Source: Rhynchobatus australiae (lineage: Eukaryota). Taken from it: DNA of 64,000 nucleotides. This document shows positions 38,411-50,356 of this stretch, piece by piece. The notes beneath the pieces were generated by a model. It was not told the origin of the DNA and ran no database searches. It worked only from the letters and a program-made list of their open reading frames with translations. Each line of letters begins with the position of its first letter. The stretch's first letter is position 1. Location of the stretch: NCBI GenBank assembly GCA_034780895.1, contig JAUZTB010000066.1:28978150-29042149 (forward strand). The letters run 5' to 3'. The position numbers and the translations under genes are program-made.

Positions 38411-39234
38411 TTCATCTTATTACTGACTTGTTAATGGTATCCAGATTCAAATTTCACCTGAAGTATTTCAAATAATCGGCATTCTAGCAAAGTTATTCCA
38501 GATTTCCAACAATCTTTCCAATTCCTTCAGTGAGAAAATCATTCTCTTTGCTTTTGTTACTTTGCATTATCACCCCTAATGTTAACTTCTCCCGCCTTCC
38601 AACTTCTCTCAAAACTTGCATCTACTTTTTTCCCCTCTGCTCTGTCCCAACCCATCACCTTTCTCTGCATCTTGGTAGTTTGCACAGTTCTGAAGGTCTT
38701 TGATATGAAATATTAACTCCATTTCGCTCTTCACTAATGCAGCCCGACTTTTCCTACATTTCCGCTTCTCATTTCAGATTTCAAGCAGCCAGTGTTTCAC
38801 CTTTGGACCCTACGAGATAGAATGATTTAGCTCGAAAACATCACTATGTCTTCAAGCTGTTCACACTCAAGTGATATGAATCTGATTTTGCTCAAGATGC
38901 TGTTATATCATGGATTCTCTTACTGCATTCATCTCGATCATCTCAAAATTAAATTAAAATGGGAGTTTGCTTCAGTTCATCTACTTTGCATTTTCTGATC
39001 CTGACTCATTTCATTTCAACATAAATGAAATGCCAATACCAAAAGGATACAAATCAGCTCCTTCAGTACATATCTTGTCAATATCTAATGCTTTGCCTTC
39101 TAAAACTAAATTATCCACATCATTTCTTCAGAAGCTCTTGTAAATAGTTAATCACCATTACAAACAGCTCAGTAGCTGACCTTGCAAGTGAGGACCAATA
39201 AGGTACGAGAGTGAAGCCCTATTGCAGCATATTG

Positions 39235-39582
39235 GTGCAGTTGTTAATGGGTCGGTAAGCCAGAGGCCTGGACAAACAATCCAAAAAGCAGAGTTCAAAT
39301 CCCATCACCACCTCTATGGAATTTAAATTCAGTTAATAATCTGGAATTTGGGAAAAGAAACGCCAACTAGTTGAGTGATAACAGCTGCAAAAGCTCCTGC
39401 ATTGTAGTAAAAATCCATTAATGCAAGGAAGCCTGCCATCCTAAAGCAGTCTGGTCTCAGACTTGCCTCATGTAGTTGACTCTTAACAGCCCTCAAGCAA
39501 GGCTGAGCAGACCACTCACTTCAAGGGCGAATCCAGATGGGCAATAAATGTTGGGTTTGCCACTGATGCCCAGATACAAAAA
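39235..39582 (+). mobile_element. Old tRNA-derived SINE (second family)
   Basis: Box B gagttcaaatccca; tail gatgggcaataaatgttgggtttgccactgatgccc shared with the LINE at 22000-22570; related fragment at ~60800-60940. Confidence 0.65.
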
Positions 39583-40654
39583 GAATTACAAGCTAACAAA
39601 GGAGCCAGTATTCAACTGAGAGAATGAAGAGCAGTTCACATAAGTGCTTTATAAACATATGACTGTGTATTTCTAGCAGCCTGGAAAACAGATTGCACAC
39701 ATTTTTGGTGAACACGGGCATTTCCATTTAGCACCAACATCCAATCAGGTCACCCACAAAAAAAGGTGCCATTGGTCAAACTCAAGGTCGAAGATATATT
39801 AGGGTGGTTTATACTCAGAAACGAGCATTAAACAGGACCTGCAACTCTGTGCTACACAAAGCAGGAACTCTGCAGATTAATGCATTTCCTCCCACTTTGC
39901 TGCACAATATTCAGGAGACGGTTGCAGAGGAGAAGCAGACAGCTCCCACAGTCGTTCAAATGGACAGGAAGATCCTGGTAAATGAAAAGGTAAGCCAGGA
40001 GTAAGGTCTTGTGACCTAGAAGACCTTCCAAGTCCACTATAAGATAAGCCTGCCATGAAGTGGCTACAACAAATCTCTTCAAAGAGTAAACAAACCATAC
40101 AATGAAGCAAAACTGAATGAAATTGTGAACTTACAATATAGGTCCAGGTAATCTGAACGTTACTGTTCACTATCACAAAATGGAGATCCTTAAATCATTT
40201 TTTTAATGCAAAGGTCTTGGTCCTTGAAGCAAGGTTCCATTTATCCGGAAATGCAGTGATGTTGCAGCAGGTCTTTCAAGTTACTGGTGCAGGAATTGTT
40301 CAGTTTTGTGTTGTAATTAGTGCAACAAATATAGGCAAGGGATTTAATGCACCATCCAGGCTCTCTCTGCAGGTTATTAGATTAGTCTTTTGGAGTGGGA
40401 CGTGTTTGCATTAGAAACCATGATTTTGCAGGTTCCTTAAGAAAATCAGCTGTTAGGGAATCTCCTGTATGTCATGCTGCCAATGCTGCCTTCTCTACTT
40501 AGAGATGAGGCTGTACATGTTGAGCAAGGACATTTCCCAGCAGTTGCCTTCCTCCCAAAAGATGTATCTTTGCTTCAGGCTCTGCCTTGTGGAATTTAGG
40601 CTACAGGTCTCCTTGTTGTTCATCCTCCAACACAAGCTGCCATCTGTAGTTTCC

Positions 40655-41900
40655 TGAATTGTACAGCGTGCAGCACATGATGATGGACACTGACATTGGC
40701 TTCCCATGTACTGCAGGATACTTCTGGACTGATGCAGGCAACAATTCTCACCTTCAGCAGACCAATGGTCTTCTTGACTGATATCCTGGTCCTGCTTAAT
40801 TCCCAATGTACTGGCGGTCAGATGNNNNNNNNNNNNNNNNNNNNNNNNNNNNNNNNNNNNNNTGAAGCAGCTCTGCATGCTTCCCAAAAACATGGCATGT
40901 GCCAGCAGAAAATAATTGTGACTCACAATGACCTGAAATGAACACAGTTTCTGCTCATAATAAGGCCTAGGGTATTAATGGGAGCCTGTTGTGGACAGGA
41001 GTGTAACCAATGGGTGTCTGTGCTGATGGGAAGCCAGCAATGCAAGCAGATCCCAGTGCCAAAGATGCCACCTGTTCCTCACTGAAATCAACAGTAGATG
41101 GAATCACTTCTCTATGAATACGGCACTTGGGTGAACTCTCTGATGCAACAGTGAGCAACATTTTGGGAGACGGGAGAGATCTGCTGCCACCTGTTAGAAA
41201 GATCCTATGGCAAGGAAGTGGACAGTCAGAGTGATCTTAACCTCCAAACACAGCGCAGTCCAAGTATAAACTCATCCTACAGGCTGTCTCACGTCTTGTC
41301 TAGGACAGCTTCAGAAATCCTGAGTATGCAAAGAAATTGGTCACCAGAGAGGTTTAGTTGGGATGCAGCATCTCAGAAGACTGTGGGTGTAGGCTCTTTA
41401 CTGATGGCCATGTCTTAGCCTTCTACGCCCCAACCACTCCACCCGCTGCCCTGNNNNNNNNNNNNNNNNNNNNNNNCCAGCTCCAGCAGTGCTGCCAGCA
41501 AAGCTGCACTGAATAAGCTTTAGCAATTAATGCTGGAGAAAGCATTATTAGTTGTAGCACACACTATGAACTTTGGAAGGGCCCTGACCGTCCTGGGGTC
41601 ACTTCAGAAGCCACTTTGTCAGGTCTCCAACATCAACAGCATCTGTTAAATGGTTAAAAAAAGCAACTCACTATGACAATGTGCCCCAGGCTTTGCTATG
41701 ACTATGCCATCACAGTTGCAGGTTGCAGCTCGTGTTATTAAGGGCAGGACTGGGTCTTGTAAGTAATGACACCTTTTGGTGCACTCCTGACACTGGTGAA
41801 ATCTCAGCATATTAACATGCCTACTGCACACTAGAGCCTGGTCTGATCTTGCCTCATGCTTCTTTCTCTTAGAGAACAAAAGATGATTTCTTGCAATGTT
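40655..41900 (-). mobile_element. Decayed PIF/Harbinger DNA transposon: HARBI1-like DDE nuclease (40655-41440) and probable Myb/SANT ORF remnant (41760-41900)
   Basis: Colinear frameshifted motifs VKITLTVHFLAIGSF, IAGFPSAQTPIGYTPV, QVIVSH..MFLGSMQSCF, TRISVKKTIGLLKVR, CLHQSRSILQY, IIMCCTLYN. Confidence 0.7.
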
Positions 41901-42734
41901 GCTCTGAGTCAAGGTGGGGGATATGCTGTTTGACAAGGAGAGGAATAGTAAATTACAATGTTTAATTTATCATTCTACTGCTTAAGCACCACTATGTTTA
42001 GTGTAGCTTCCCCAAAGGTTCAATTGCACCTTATAATGCAGGAATGGTTTCTCAACTGATGAGCAGAAGCAAGGAATTACTGCTTTTTATTTTCTTGAAA
42101 AGGCTCTTTCACATTTTTAACAAAGTCTGAAGGGTGAAATGAGACAACATAAAATCTTCCAATAGAAACCAATACATGCTGCTCACAAACTGCTCTTTAC
42201 TCCAAATATTTTCTTATTTGCAGAAACTGGGAGAACTCCCTTCTCTGAATGAATATCCCCCTACTGAAATAGTGCCTTTAGATAGTCACAGCCACCTCGA
42301 GCATCAAAACAGGCACAGTGTATCAGAGCAGCCTTGGATTAACATGTCATCCCATTGGCTGGTATGTACAACAAAGAAGCAGGTCCTCAGCTCAGCACTG
42401 CTTTGGTAGGTCAGCTCAAGTCCTGGTTTCGGTATGAGCTCAAAACTCATCCAACTCATAAGCCAGAAGAGGCAAGAAAATAAATTGATTAAAAGACATC
42501 CTGCACTTAAACACAATATATATCTATCTTTTAAAAGTCATTGCAGTGTTGCCCAGTCCATCTTTCAGTTATCAATATTTTCTGAGGATACTTAGCAAGG
42601 GTTCAAACTGCATAGGTAATGGGCATAATCTCCCAATTCTCCTTAGACTCATGGGCTCTAGCAGAAGACTGGAGAAATGCAAATTGTTGTTTGAAATAAA
42701 AGAGGAAAACAATTAATACAACAACTACTTGGGT

Positions 42735-42912
42735 CGTGGTGCCTCACAGCTCCAAAGACCTAGGGTCGATGCTGACCACAGCTGTTGCCTATGTGGAGTT
42801 TGCACACTCTCGCCATGACCACACTGGCTTTCACCGGCTGCTCTGGTTTCTTCTCACATCCTAAAGACATGCTGAGAGATTATTTGGCTACTACTGTATA
42901 TTACCCCTTAAT
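42735..42912 (+). mobile_element. Older V-domain SINE fragment
   Basis: gcctcacagctccaaagacctagggtcgat..tggagtttgcacactctc..ggtttcttctcacatcctaaagac. Confidence 0.75.
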
Positions 42913-43012
42913 GGCAAAAAAGGAGTGGGACTGATGGGGTCCTCTACCAGCCCTCTGCGCTGCACCCCCCCACCCAACCAAATCATCCAACTCATCTATG
43001 ATGAAGTTAGTG

Positions 43013-43230
43013 AAGAATAGGCATCTTTATTAGTCACATGTACATTGAAAAACACAGTGAAATACATCCTTTGCGTAGAGTGTTCTGGGGGCAGCCCGCA
43101 AGTGTCACCACACTTCTGGCGCCAACATAGCACACCTGCAACTTCCTAACCCTTACGTCTTTGGAATGTGGGAAGAAACCGGAGCACCCGGAGGAAACCC
43201 ACGCAGACACGGGGAGAACGTACAAACTCC
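43013..43230 (-). mobile_element. V-domain SINE with Rex1-type tail, 5' end lost in gap
   Basis: Reverse complement closely matches 16735-16940. Confidence 0.9.
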
Positions 43231-44202
43231 NNNNNNNNNNNNNNNNNNNNNNNNNNNNNNNNNNNNNNNNNNNNNNNNNNNNNNNNNNNNNNNNNNNNNN
43301 NNNNNNNNNNNNNNNNNNNNNNNNNNNNNNNNNNNNNNNNNNNNNNNNNNNNNNNNNNNNNNNNNNNNNNNNNNNNNNNNNNNNNNNNNNNNNNNNNNNN
43401 NNNNNNNNNNNNNNNNNNNNNNNNNNNNNNNNNNNNNNNNNNNNNNNNNNNNNNNNNNNNNNNNNNNNNNNNNNNNNNNNNNNNNNNNNNNNNNNNNNNN
43501 NNNNNNNNNNNNNNNNNNNNNNNNNNNNNNNNNNNNNNNNNNNNNNNNNNNNNNNNNNNNNNNNNNNNNNNNNNNNNNNNNNNNNNNNNNNNNNNNNNNN
43601 NNNNNNNNNNNNNNNNNNNNNNNNNNNNNNNNNNNNNNNNNNNNNNNNNNNNNNNNNNNNNNNNNNNNNNNNNNNNNNNNNNNNNNNNNNNNNNNNNNNN
43701 NNNNNNNNNNNNNNNNNNNNNNNNNNNNNNNNNNNNNNNNNNNNNNNNNNNNNNNNNNNNNNNNNNNNNNNNNNNNNNNNNNNNNNNNNNNNNNNNNNNN
43801 NNNNNNNNNNNNNNNNNNNNNNNNNNNNNNNNNNNNNNNNNNNNNNNNNNNNNNNNNNNNNNNNNNNNNNNNNNNNNNNNNNNNNNNNNNNNNNNNNNNN
43901 NNNNNNNNNNNNNNNNNNNNNNNNNNNNNNNNNNNNNNNNNNNNNNNNNNNNNNNNNNNNNATTGCACTTGTAAATGCTGGCACAGGTTCAAAGGACTGA
44001 CTGGCACCCTTTAATGTTTTCATAATTTAATCATTCTATCATTCTCTGTAGTATATTACATAAGTATCGACTTACCCGATGAAGCCATGTCCAATGTGGG
44101 GAGACGCAATGGCACAGATAAAATCATTTTAAAATTGCAAAGAAAATCAGTATTCCACTCTGTTCAAAAGCAATATCAGATGGCCACTAAATCCCAACTT
44201 AC

Positions 44203-44264
44203 CTGCCTGAAAAAGATTGAGCTCGCACTCCAGATAATCGAACATTTCCACTGTCAACTGAAAA
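44203..44264 (-). CDS. HIP1: HIP1 coding exon 3 of 9, FQLTVEMFDYLECELNLFQA(V)
   Basis: 62 nt, aattag| acceptor, |gtaagt donor, phase 2/1. Confidence 0.95.
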
Positions 44265-45099
44265 CTAATTAAAAGAAACAGAAAAGATACCCATTAGTAA
44301 TAGGTTTATCAATAATATAGATACCTTCTTGGGGGCACTCCATTCACCACATCTCTGTAAGGTAAGCCTTAGAATTAAGTGCAAGGAAAGAACCTAGGCC
44401 AACTCCCAACCTTTGGCAATGCAGGTGGACCACCTGAAGGCAGCTGAGCACAGAGGCCATCTTGCAACAGGAGGGTGATTTGTGCAACACCATCTTCCAA
44501 ACATCAATCAGGAGACATGCAGATCTCAATATTCCCTCATGGGTCATGTTTGGCAAGAACTCACTTAGTTGCTGTTTGGAAGAGCTCACAAGAATCTTGT
44601 AATAGATGAACTTAGATGAACTGTCCATTTCAATGTGTAAATCCAAAGGATGGAACAACTACGAGGGAGGATGGTGTTAAGGCGATATTCAATTCACAAA
44701 ATAACTATTTTAAAAAACGTATTAGTCAAAAAAAATTGATTCCTACAATGCAACAGGTATTTGCTCGAGATGAGAAAGCAGTGAGATGGAATAATAAACT
44801 AGAATAGTGCATAATAGGTCTGACAATCATTGAAATGTAGAGCAGGGCTGAAAGGATTATGGGTGAAGCAATGAACTAAATCAACTCACAGCTGGTGTCA
44901 GCAGTTTTAGTCAAGTTCTACAACAGTACTATTTACAAAGACATTAAATCTATATGGCAAAGAAAATATAAGAAATACTAAATTACAAGGCCATTCAAAC
45001 TCGCTTTTGCAATACAGGAAGAATCCTCTCATGCAAAAAGACCTCAGCTGATTGTATGGTGAAGACCACCTTCCACTTGCTCCCCATATCGGCAGATTC

Positions 45100-45810
45100 A
45101 TTCGGGATCCAAAAATCTCTCTCCGCCTTAAATATACTCACGGCCACAACACACTAAGCTCGAGATTGCCAATGATTTACAGCTCTTTGCAAAATGAAAT
45201 TGTTCCTCAGCTTGTCATAAATGACTGACCCCTTGCCACAGGACCACAAGTCTTTTCTTCAACTCTCGAGCTGGAGGAATCTGCCCGCCCTCGTCATCTC
45301 CCTAGATTCTCCCACCACCCGAAACATCCTCACATCATCTACCACACCATCTGCTCAGAGTCATTCTAAACTCCAGGGACCATCAGTCAATCTTCATTTC
45401 TTCTCACAGAATAACTTCCTCATTCCACCAAGTAAATCCTCCTATAGGTATGGATAGAATAACAATAAATTAGGTTTCACTACAGCCCTGTAAAATCAAA
45501 ACAAAACTTCCTCACTTTTACATTCCAACCCCTTTGAAAGAAAGGCCACAATATCACTTGCCTTCCTAATTACTTGTACTTTCATACTTATTTTGAGTAT
45601 CTTGTGAACCAGAAAATCAAGATCATTCTGTACATCAACATTTGCCAGTTTCTCACTTGTAGAACATACTTAGTTTTGCTATTTTGCCTCTCACAGTGAA
45701 TAATCTCACACTCTCCCATATTAAACTCCATCGTATTCACTCACTTAAGCCCTTAGCAGGCTATTTGTGTCCTTCCCACAGATCGTACATTCAGGCTAAT
45801 TTAGAATCAA
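45100..45810 (-). mobile_element. Old CR1 LINE fragment
   Basis: ttgccttcctaattacttg and cattccaacccctttgaaagaaaggcca match the reverse complement of CR1 ORF2 end. Confidence 0.6.
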
Positions 45811-46386
45811 TGTTAGGAAGTGATTTGTCACGCAAGAAAAAATTAGCAATGTAACCTTTTCTGTGGTGACAAAAAGGAAAAAAATTCTTAACTCATTTTG
45901 CAGAGAGATTGACTGAACAGAATGCATAGGTTTCTATGGAAAATTAAGTAAGTTATAACAAATAACAAGCCATCTGTCTCGTGTTAAATTAAAGCTGTGT
46001 AACACCACTGTCAGTCTCCAATGCCTGTGTTTAATGTTCAATTGACACAAAATCCATTTAAAATGTGCTTTACCCTAAAATTGGCCTCCAATACTTCTGC
46101 AACATGTATCCTCATCACACGCACTATACAAGTCAAGGATTCCAATCCTGCCAAATACTTTGCCAAAGAAGCACTCTTTGAAATGTTAAACAGAGATTTA
46201 TTGCAAGTCTGTACCTGCACCTCATCAGAGTTAAAATTATACTGGCGCCATAGTGAGGTATTGCCAAATAAAGGTCATGTCTTCATTTCAGGAAAAATAA
46301 CAACAGCCAAGCTTTACTTCAATAGTATTCTTTTTCCCCCAATTGCTGTGTGAAATGGCAATGAATAGTAGATTTCTTTTGAATCA

Positions 46387-46702
46387 CAGAGCAGTGTTGC
46401 CTCATAGCTCCAGGGACCCAAGTTTGATTCTAACCTCCAGTACTGTCAGCGTGGAGTTTGCACATTCTCCCCATGACCACGTGGGTTTCCCCTGCAAGCT
46501 CCCGTTTCCTCCCACATCTCAAAGGCTGTGCTGGTTGCCAGGGTAATTGGTTGTTGTAAATAACCTAGAGTGTAAGTGGCTGGAGAATCAAGGTGGAGGA
46601 GGGAGATGGTTAATGGGCATGTTTGAGGGGTTACAGGTAGATAAGTGGGGGGAATGGGACTGATGCAATTACAAAGAGCCAGCATAGATTCGATGGGCCA
46701 CA
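46387..46702 (+). mobile_element. Older V-domain SINE (HE1-like) with CR1-type tail
   Basis: gcctcatagctccagggacccaagtttgattc head, V core, tail gagccagcatagattcgatgggcc. Confidence 0.78.
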
Positions 46703-46983
46703 GGAAATATGAAATATATGACAAAAAGCTGAAGGGTATAGTCTTGAAACAGAGCTTTCTTTGAACATGCCAGACCATGAAATAATAGGCAGAGCTATAG
46801 AGAGCACATGAAACATTTGTGTACTTGCAGGTTAACATAAACAGAGACAGGATGGCCTGATATTTTGCACTGTGCCCTGCCCATATCCTGAAATTACAAA
46901 TAGTCTTTCCAAGGAGCATTCATTAATATCTGGAATATTTCCTTTTAACAAAGCACCCTCTCAAGAGCAATTTCCCATTTCTT

Positions 46984-47271
46984 GACACAAGAGATTCTGC
47001 AGATGCTGGAAATCTGCAGCAACACATACAAAATGCTGGAGGAACTCAGCAGGTCAGGCAGCATCCGTGGAGGGAAATAAACAGTCAATGTTTCGGGTCG
47101 GGACCCTTCATCAGGACTGGAAAGGAAGAGGGCAGAAGCCGAAACAAGGTGGTTGGGGGAGGGGGAGGAGTACATACAGGCATGTGATAAGTGAGTCCAG
47201 GTGAGAGGGTAAGATAGGAGGGTGGGGTGGGGGACCTTCCCTCATTCCTGTGGCCCCTCCCCCTTCTTTTT
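46984..47271 (-). mobile_element. Penelope-like 3' UTR and terminal repeat; switches to + orientation at ~47234
   Basis: Reverse complement of 46984-47233 matches 50845-51056; 47235-47271 matches 50666-50700 directly. Confidence 0.85.
47082..47119 (-). ncRNA. Minimal type I hammerhead ribozyme motif (Penelope-associated)
   Basis: Minus strand reads cagtc CTGATGA a gggt cccg accc GAAA ca TT gactg: stem I, intact core, stem II, GAAA, UH site. Confidence 0.7.
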
Positions 47272-47371
47272 NNNNNNNNNNNNNNNNNNNNNNNNNNNNN
47301 NNNNNNNNNNNNNNNNNNNNNNNNNNNNNNNNNNNNNNNNNNNNNNNNNNNNNNNNNNNNNNNNNNNNNNN

Positions 47372-47463
47372 CTCTGCAGTTTCTTGCGGTCCTGGGCACA
47401 GCAGTTGCCGTACCAAGCTGTGATGCATCCAGATAGGATGCTTTCTATGGTGCATCGATAAAA
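47372..47463 (-). mobile_element. Rex1/Babar-type LINE fragment
   Basis: Reverse complement gives RCTIESILSGCITAWYGNCCAQDRKKLQR. Confidence 0.85.
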
Positions 47464-48159
47464 GACCCGAGACCTGATATTTCTGTGGAAGTAAATCTGT
47501 TCTTTGCTGTACTTTCAGAAAAAATATTGTAAGTAATCTCCTCACAGCTTTCTCTAGTGATCTAACCTGTAGACTGCAGGTTCTCAGCAGGTTCATTCTG
47601 TTGACTGAACAGTTCTGCTCCAGATAACTCTCAGAGGTGCAAACACTGATCATTGCTGTAGCTTTAGTCTTGGTTTCTGAATGAAGGCTCCAGCTTGTTA
47701 GTACCTTAGCTTCCAAGCCTGGTTAAAGATGAAGCCAGAGAACACAATTTAGTCCACTCACACTTGAATAACTACTCATCAAAGCTTTCAAAGGTTTGAG
47801 CATTCCACCCGGTTTGACCATTCTGCTGAGCCAGAGCATGTGCAGAGTCTTTGTACAAGAAAAGGCAGCGACGTATTATCAGGGAATAGTCCAGTGGCGA
47901 CTGCAAGCCCAATACTTTTCTTAGCACCGATGGGCAAATGAACAGGTTCTTCCATAGAAAAGTATCCAAGACCAATCCTGATGAACGTGCACCATCAGGA
48001 TTGGTGCTTGAGCCTGACTATTCGTGATCCATGTCAATGATCTGACCAAGGGGATCAAGTTCCATTGCTGATCATATGAAACCGGGTGGAATGCTGACTC
48101 TGGAGAAGGCTTGGAAAGGACATCAACAATCAGAGGGAGAGGGTAACAGGACGGCAGAT

Positions 48160-49242
48160 GGAACATGGAGTGGGACGATGTGGTCATGGTGTGTTTTCAA
48201 AACAGTGAGGGATTGGGTAGCGATGATGGTGACAGGAACTTGAGTGTGATTGTACACAAGTCACCAAAGGCCTACGTGAAGGTGCAGTGGGTAATTAGGG
48301 GGCAATCGGTATGTTAGACCATAACCGTAAAATCATAAGATATAGGAGCAGAATTAGGCCATTCAGCCCATCAGGTCTGCTCCACCATTCAATCATGGCT
48401 GATTTTATTTTCAACCCCAGTCTCCTGCCTTCTCCCCATAGCCCTTAACCCCCTTACCAATCAAGAACCCATCAATCTCTGCCTTAAGTGCACCCAATGG
48501 CTTGGCCTCCACCGCCCTCTGTGGCAACGAATTCCACAGATTCACCGCCCTCTGGCTGATGAAATTCCTCCTCATCTCAGTTTTAAAGGGACGTCCCTTT
48601 ATTCTGAGGCTGTGCCCTCGGATCCCAGACCCTCCTACTGATGGAAACATCCTCTCAACATCCACTCTATCCAGGCCTTTCAGTACTAGCCTTCATTATG
48701 ATAAGATTTCAATCAATGAGGAAGGAAATCTTACTGTAATTGTACAGGGGTTTGGTAAGACTGTACCTGAGGTACTGGGCACAGTTTTAGTCTCCTTATC
48801 TAAGAAAGTGCCAGGTGAAGGTTCACGAGGTTGATTCCAGGGATGGATGAAGAGAGACTGAGTAGAATTGGACTGTGTTCTCAGAAGAATGAGAGGAAAT
48901 TTCATTGACTTTTACAAAATTTTTACCGGGCTCTGCAGACAAGAGAGAGAGTAAATTTCCCCTGTGACCAAGGTTATGGCTTCAGATTAAGGAGTTTAAA
49001 ACTGATGGGGAGAAATTTCTTCACTCATTGTGAATCTTTGGAATTCACTACCCCAGACACTCAGCTATTGAGTTCAGTCAAAACAGGGGCTGATAGATCT
49101 CTGGACACGGAATGAAGGGATACAGGGATAGTGCAGGGAAATGGTTCTGAGGTAGAAGAACTGCCATGAACTAGTTGAATGACAGACCAGGCTTGAAGGG
49201 CCAAATGGCCGACTCCTGTTCCTGTTTCTTATTTTCTTATGC
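48160..49242 (+). mobile_element. Older CR1 LINE 3' part, interrupted by a younger CR1
   Basis: ggtatgttag..|..agccttcatt (GMLAFI) is split by the insertion; tail gggccaaatggccgactcctgttcctgtttcttat. Confidence 0.8.
48320..48685 (-). mobile_element. Young 5'-truncated CR1 LINE, same subfamily as 36414-37335
   Basis: RGHSLRIKGRPFKTEMRRNF.SQRAVNLWNSLP in ORF 48411..48665. Confidence 0.92.
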
Positions 49243-49791
49243 CCTAATTCACCTGTTCAGCCTATGTGATTGCAGAATGTGACGTTGCCTGGATCTTTGC
49301 TGATAAATGCCACAATTCTGCAGGGAGCTGCTTGCACTTCCCCGAGGAGGTTCAGGCTTCCCGCAGAACCTGTGCAAACGTGGACGTCCCAGCCCTCAGA
49401 GAGCTAGCGGTGTAGGGTGGCATTGTCTCACTGCCCACTAAATTTACACGGAGCCAGTGATGTAATTACCTTCCGCTGAACAGAAGACTGAGTAAGGATT
49501 TTTTTGTTGCAGACGACAAGCCAGAATTCCTTATTCTGTAGAGAAATGCCTTTATTGATCGTAATGTGCCAGCTGCCACAAGAATACCTTTCCCTTCCTC
49601 TCGATCTCTCCTCACTGTAAGCTAAATCCTGTGCACACTCACCACCACGCTGGGGTGTCAATACACAATGATCCAATGGGAAACAACTGCCGGTGAGTGA
49701 CCAGTTCACTTCCCCCAATGCAGTCCTTGCCTCACTGCACCACCGGCCAACAGCTGCTGGTGAGTGACCAGATCGTCCATCCTGGCAGCTA

Positions 49792-50352
49792 ACACTACAG
49801 TCTGCCCCGGCTGTAGCCCCTGTTCAGACTGTAGTGTCTGCCCCATCTGTAGTTCCTGTTCTGACTGTAGTGTGTGCCCCAACTGTAGCCTCTGTTCTGA
49901 GTGTAGTGTCTTCCCCAGCTGCAGCCCCTGTTCTGACTGTAGTGTCTGCCCTGACTGTGGCCCCTGTTCTGACTGTTGTAACTTTGTGATGACTGTAGTC
50001 CTTGTCCTGACTGTAGTGTTTGCCCTGACTGTAGCCCCTATTCTGACTGTAGCTCCTGTTCTAACTGTAGTCTGCTCTAATTGTAGCCCCTGTTCTGACT
50101 GTAGAGTCTGCCCTAATTGTAGCCTCCTGATCTGACTGTAGCATCTGTCCTGACTGTAGCCCCCATTCTGACTGTAATGTCTGCCCTAATTGGAGCCCTG
50201 TTCTGACTGTAGTGTCTGCCACCCCGTTCTTGTTGCTGTAATTCTGTGATGATTGTATCCCCTGCCCTGACTGTAGTCCCTGTTCTGACTGTTGTAACTT
50301 TGTGATGACTGCAGTCCTTGCCCTGACTGTAGCAATTCTGTGATGACTGTAA
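49792..50352 (+). repeat. Minisatellite of ~18-bp units (ctgactgtagtgtctgcc / ctgactgtagcccctgtt alternating, ~36-bp period)
   Basis: Recurrent gactgtag core; higher-order ~50-bp block repeated at 49965-50016 and 50281-50332. Confidence 0.92.
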
Positions 50353-50356
50353 CTCA

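Larger units (their letters stand above)
35020..38795 (+). mobile_element. Old Penelope-like element split into pieces (35020-35160, 36255-36415, 38410-38795) by nested CR1 insertions
   Basis: TFPCN..QGPK..KQQFTCI before the first CR1, HHFNSPSH between CR1s, terminal repeat cagttctgaaggtctttgatatgaaatattaactc at 38686. Confidence 0.55.

Noticed and set aside
39840-40100. Possible DIRS/Ngaro RT remnant (LPFHLPGSSCPFE) on the minus strand
   Set aside because: One weak motif with no colinear support.
43034-44023. Long ORFs in the ORF track (also 3514-4155, 8955-9539, 33939-34363)
   Set aside because: Length comes from reading through runs of N.
49764-50135. Cys-rich ORF (CSPCSDCSVCP..) resembling a metallothionein or keratin-associated protein
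   Set aside because: It is one reading frame of the 18/36-bp minisatellite, starts at GTG, shifts into a Val/Thr frame, and has no exon or promoter support.
49792-50352. CRISPR-like array
   Set aside because: No unique spacers between repeats, and the context is a vertebrate intron.
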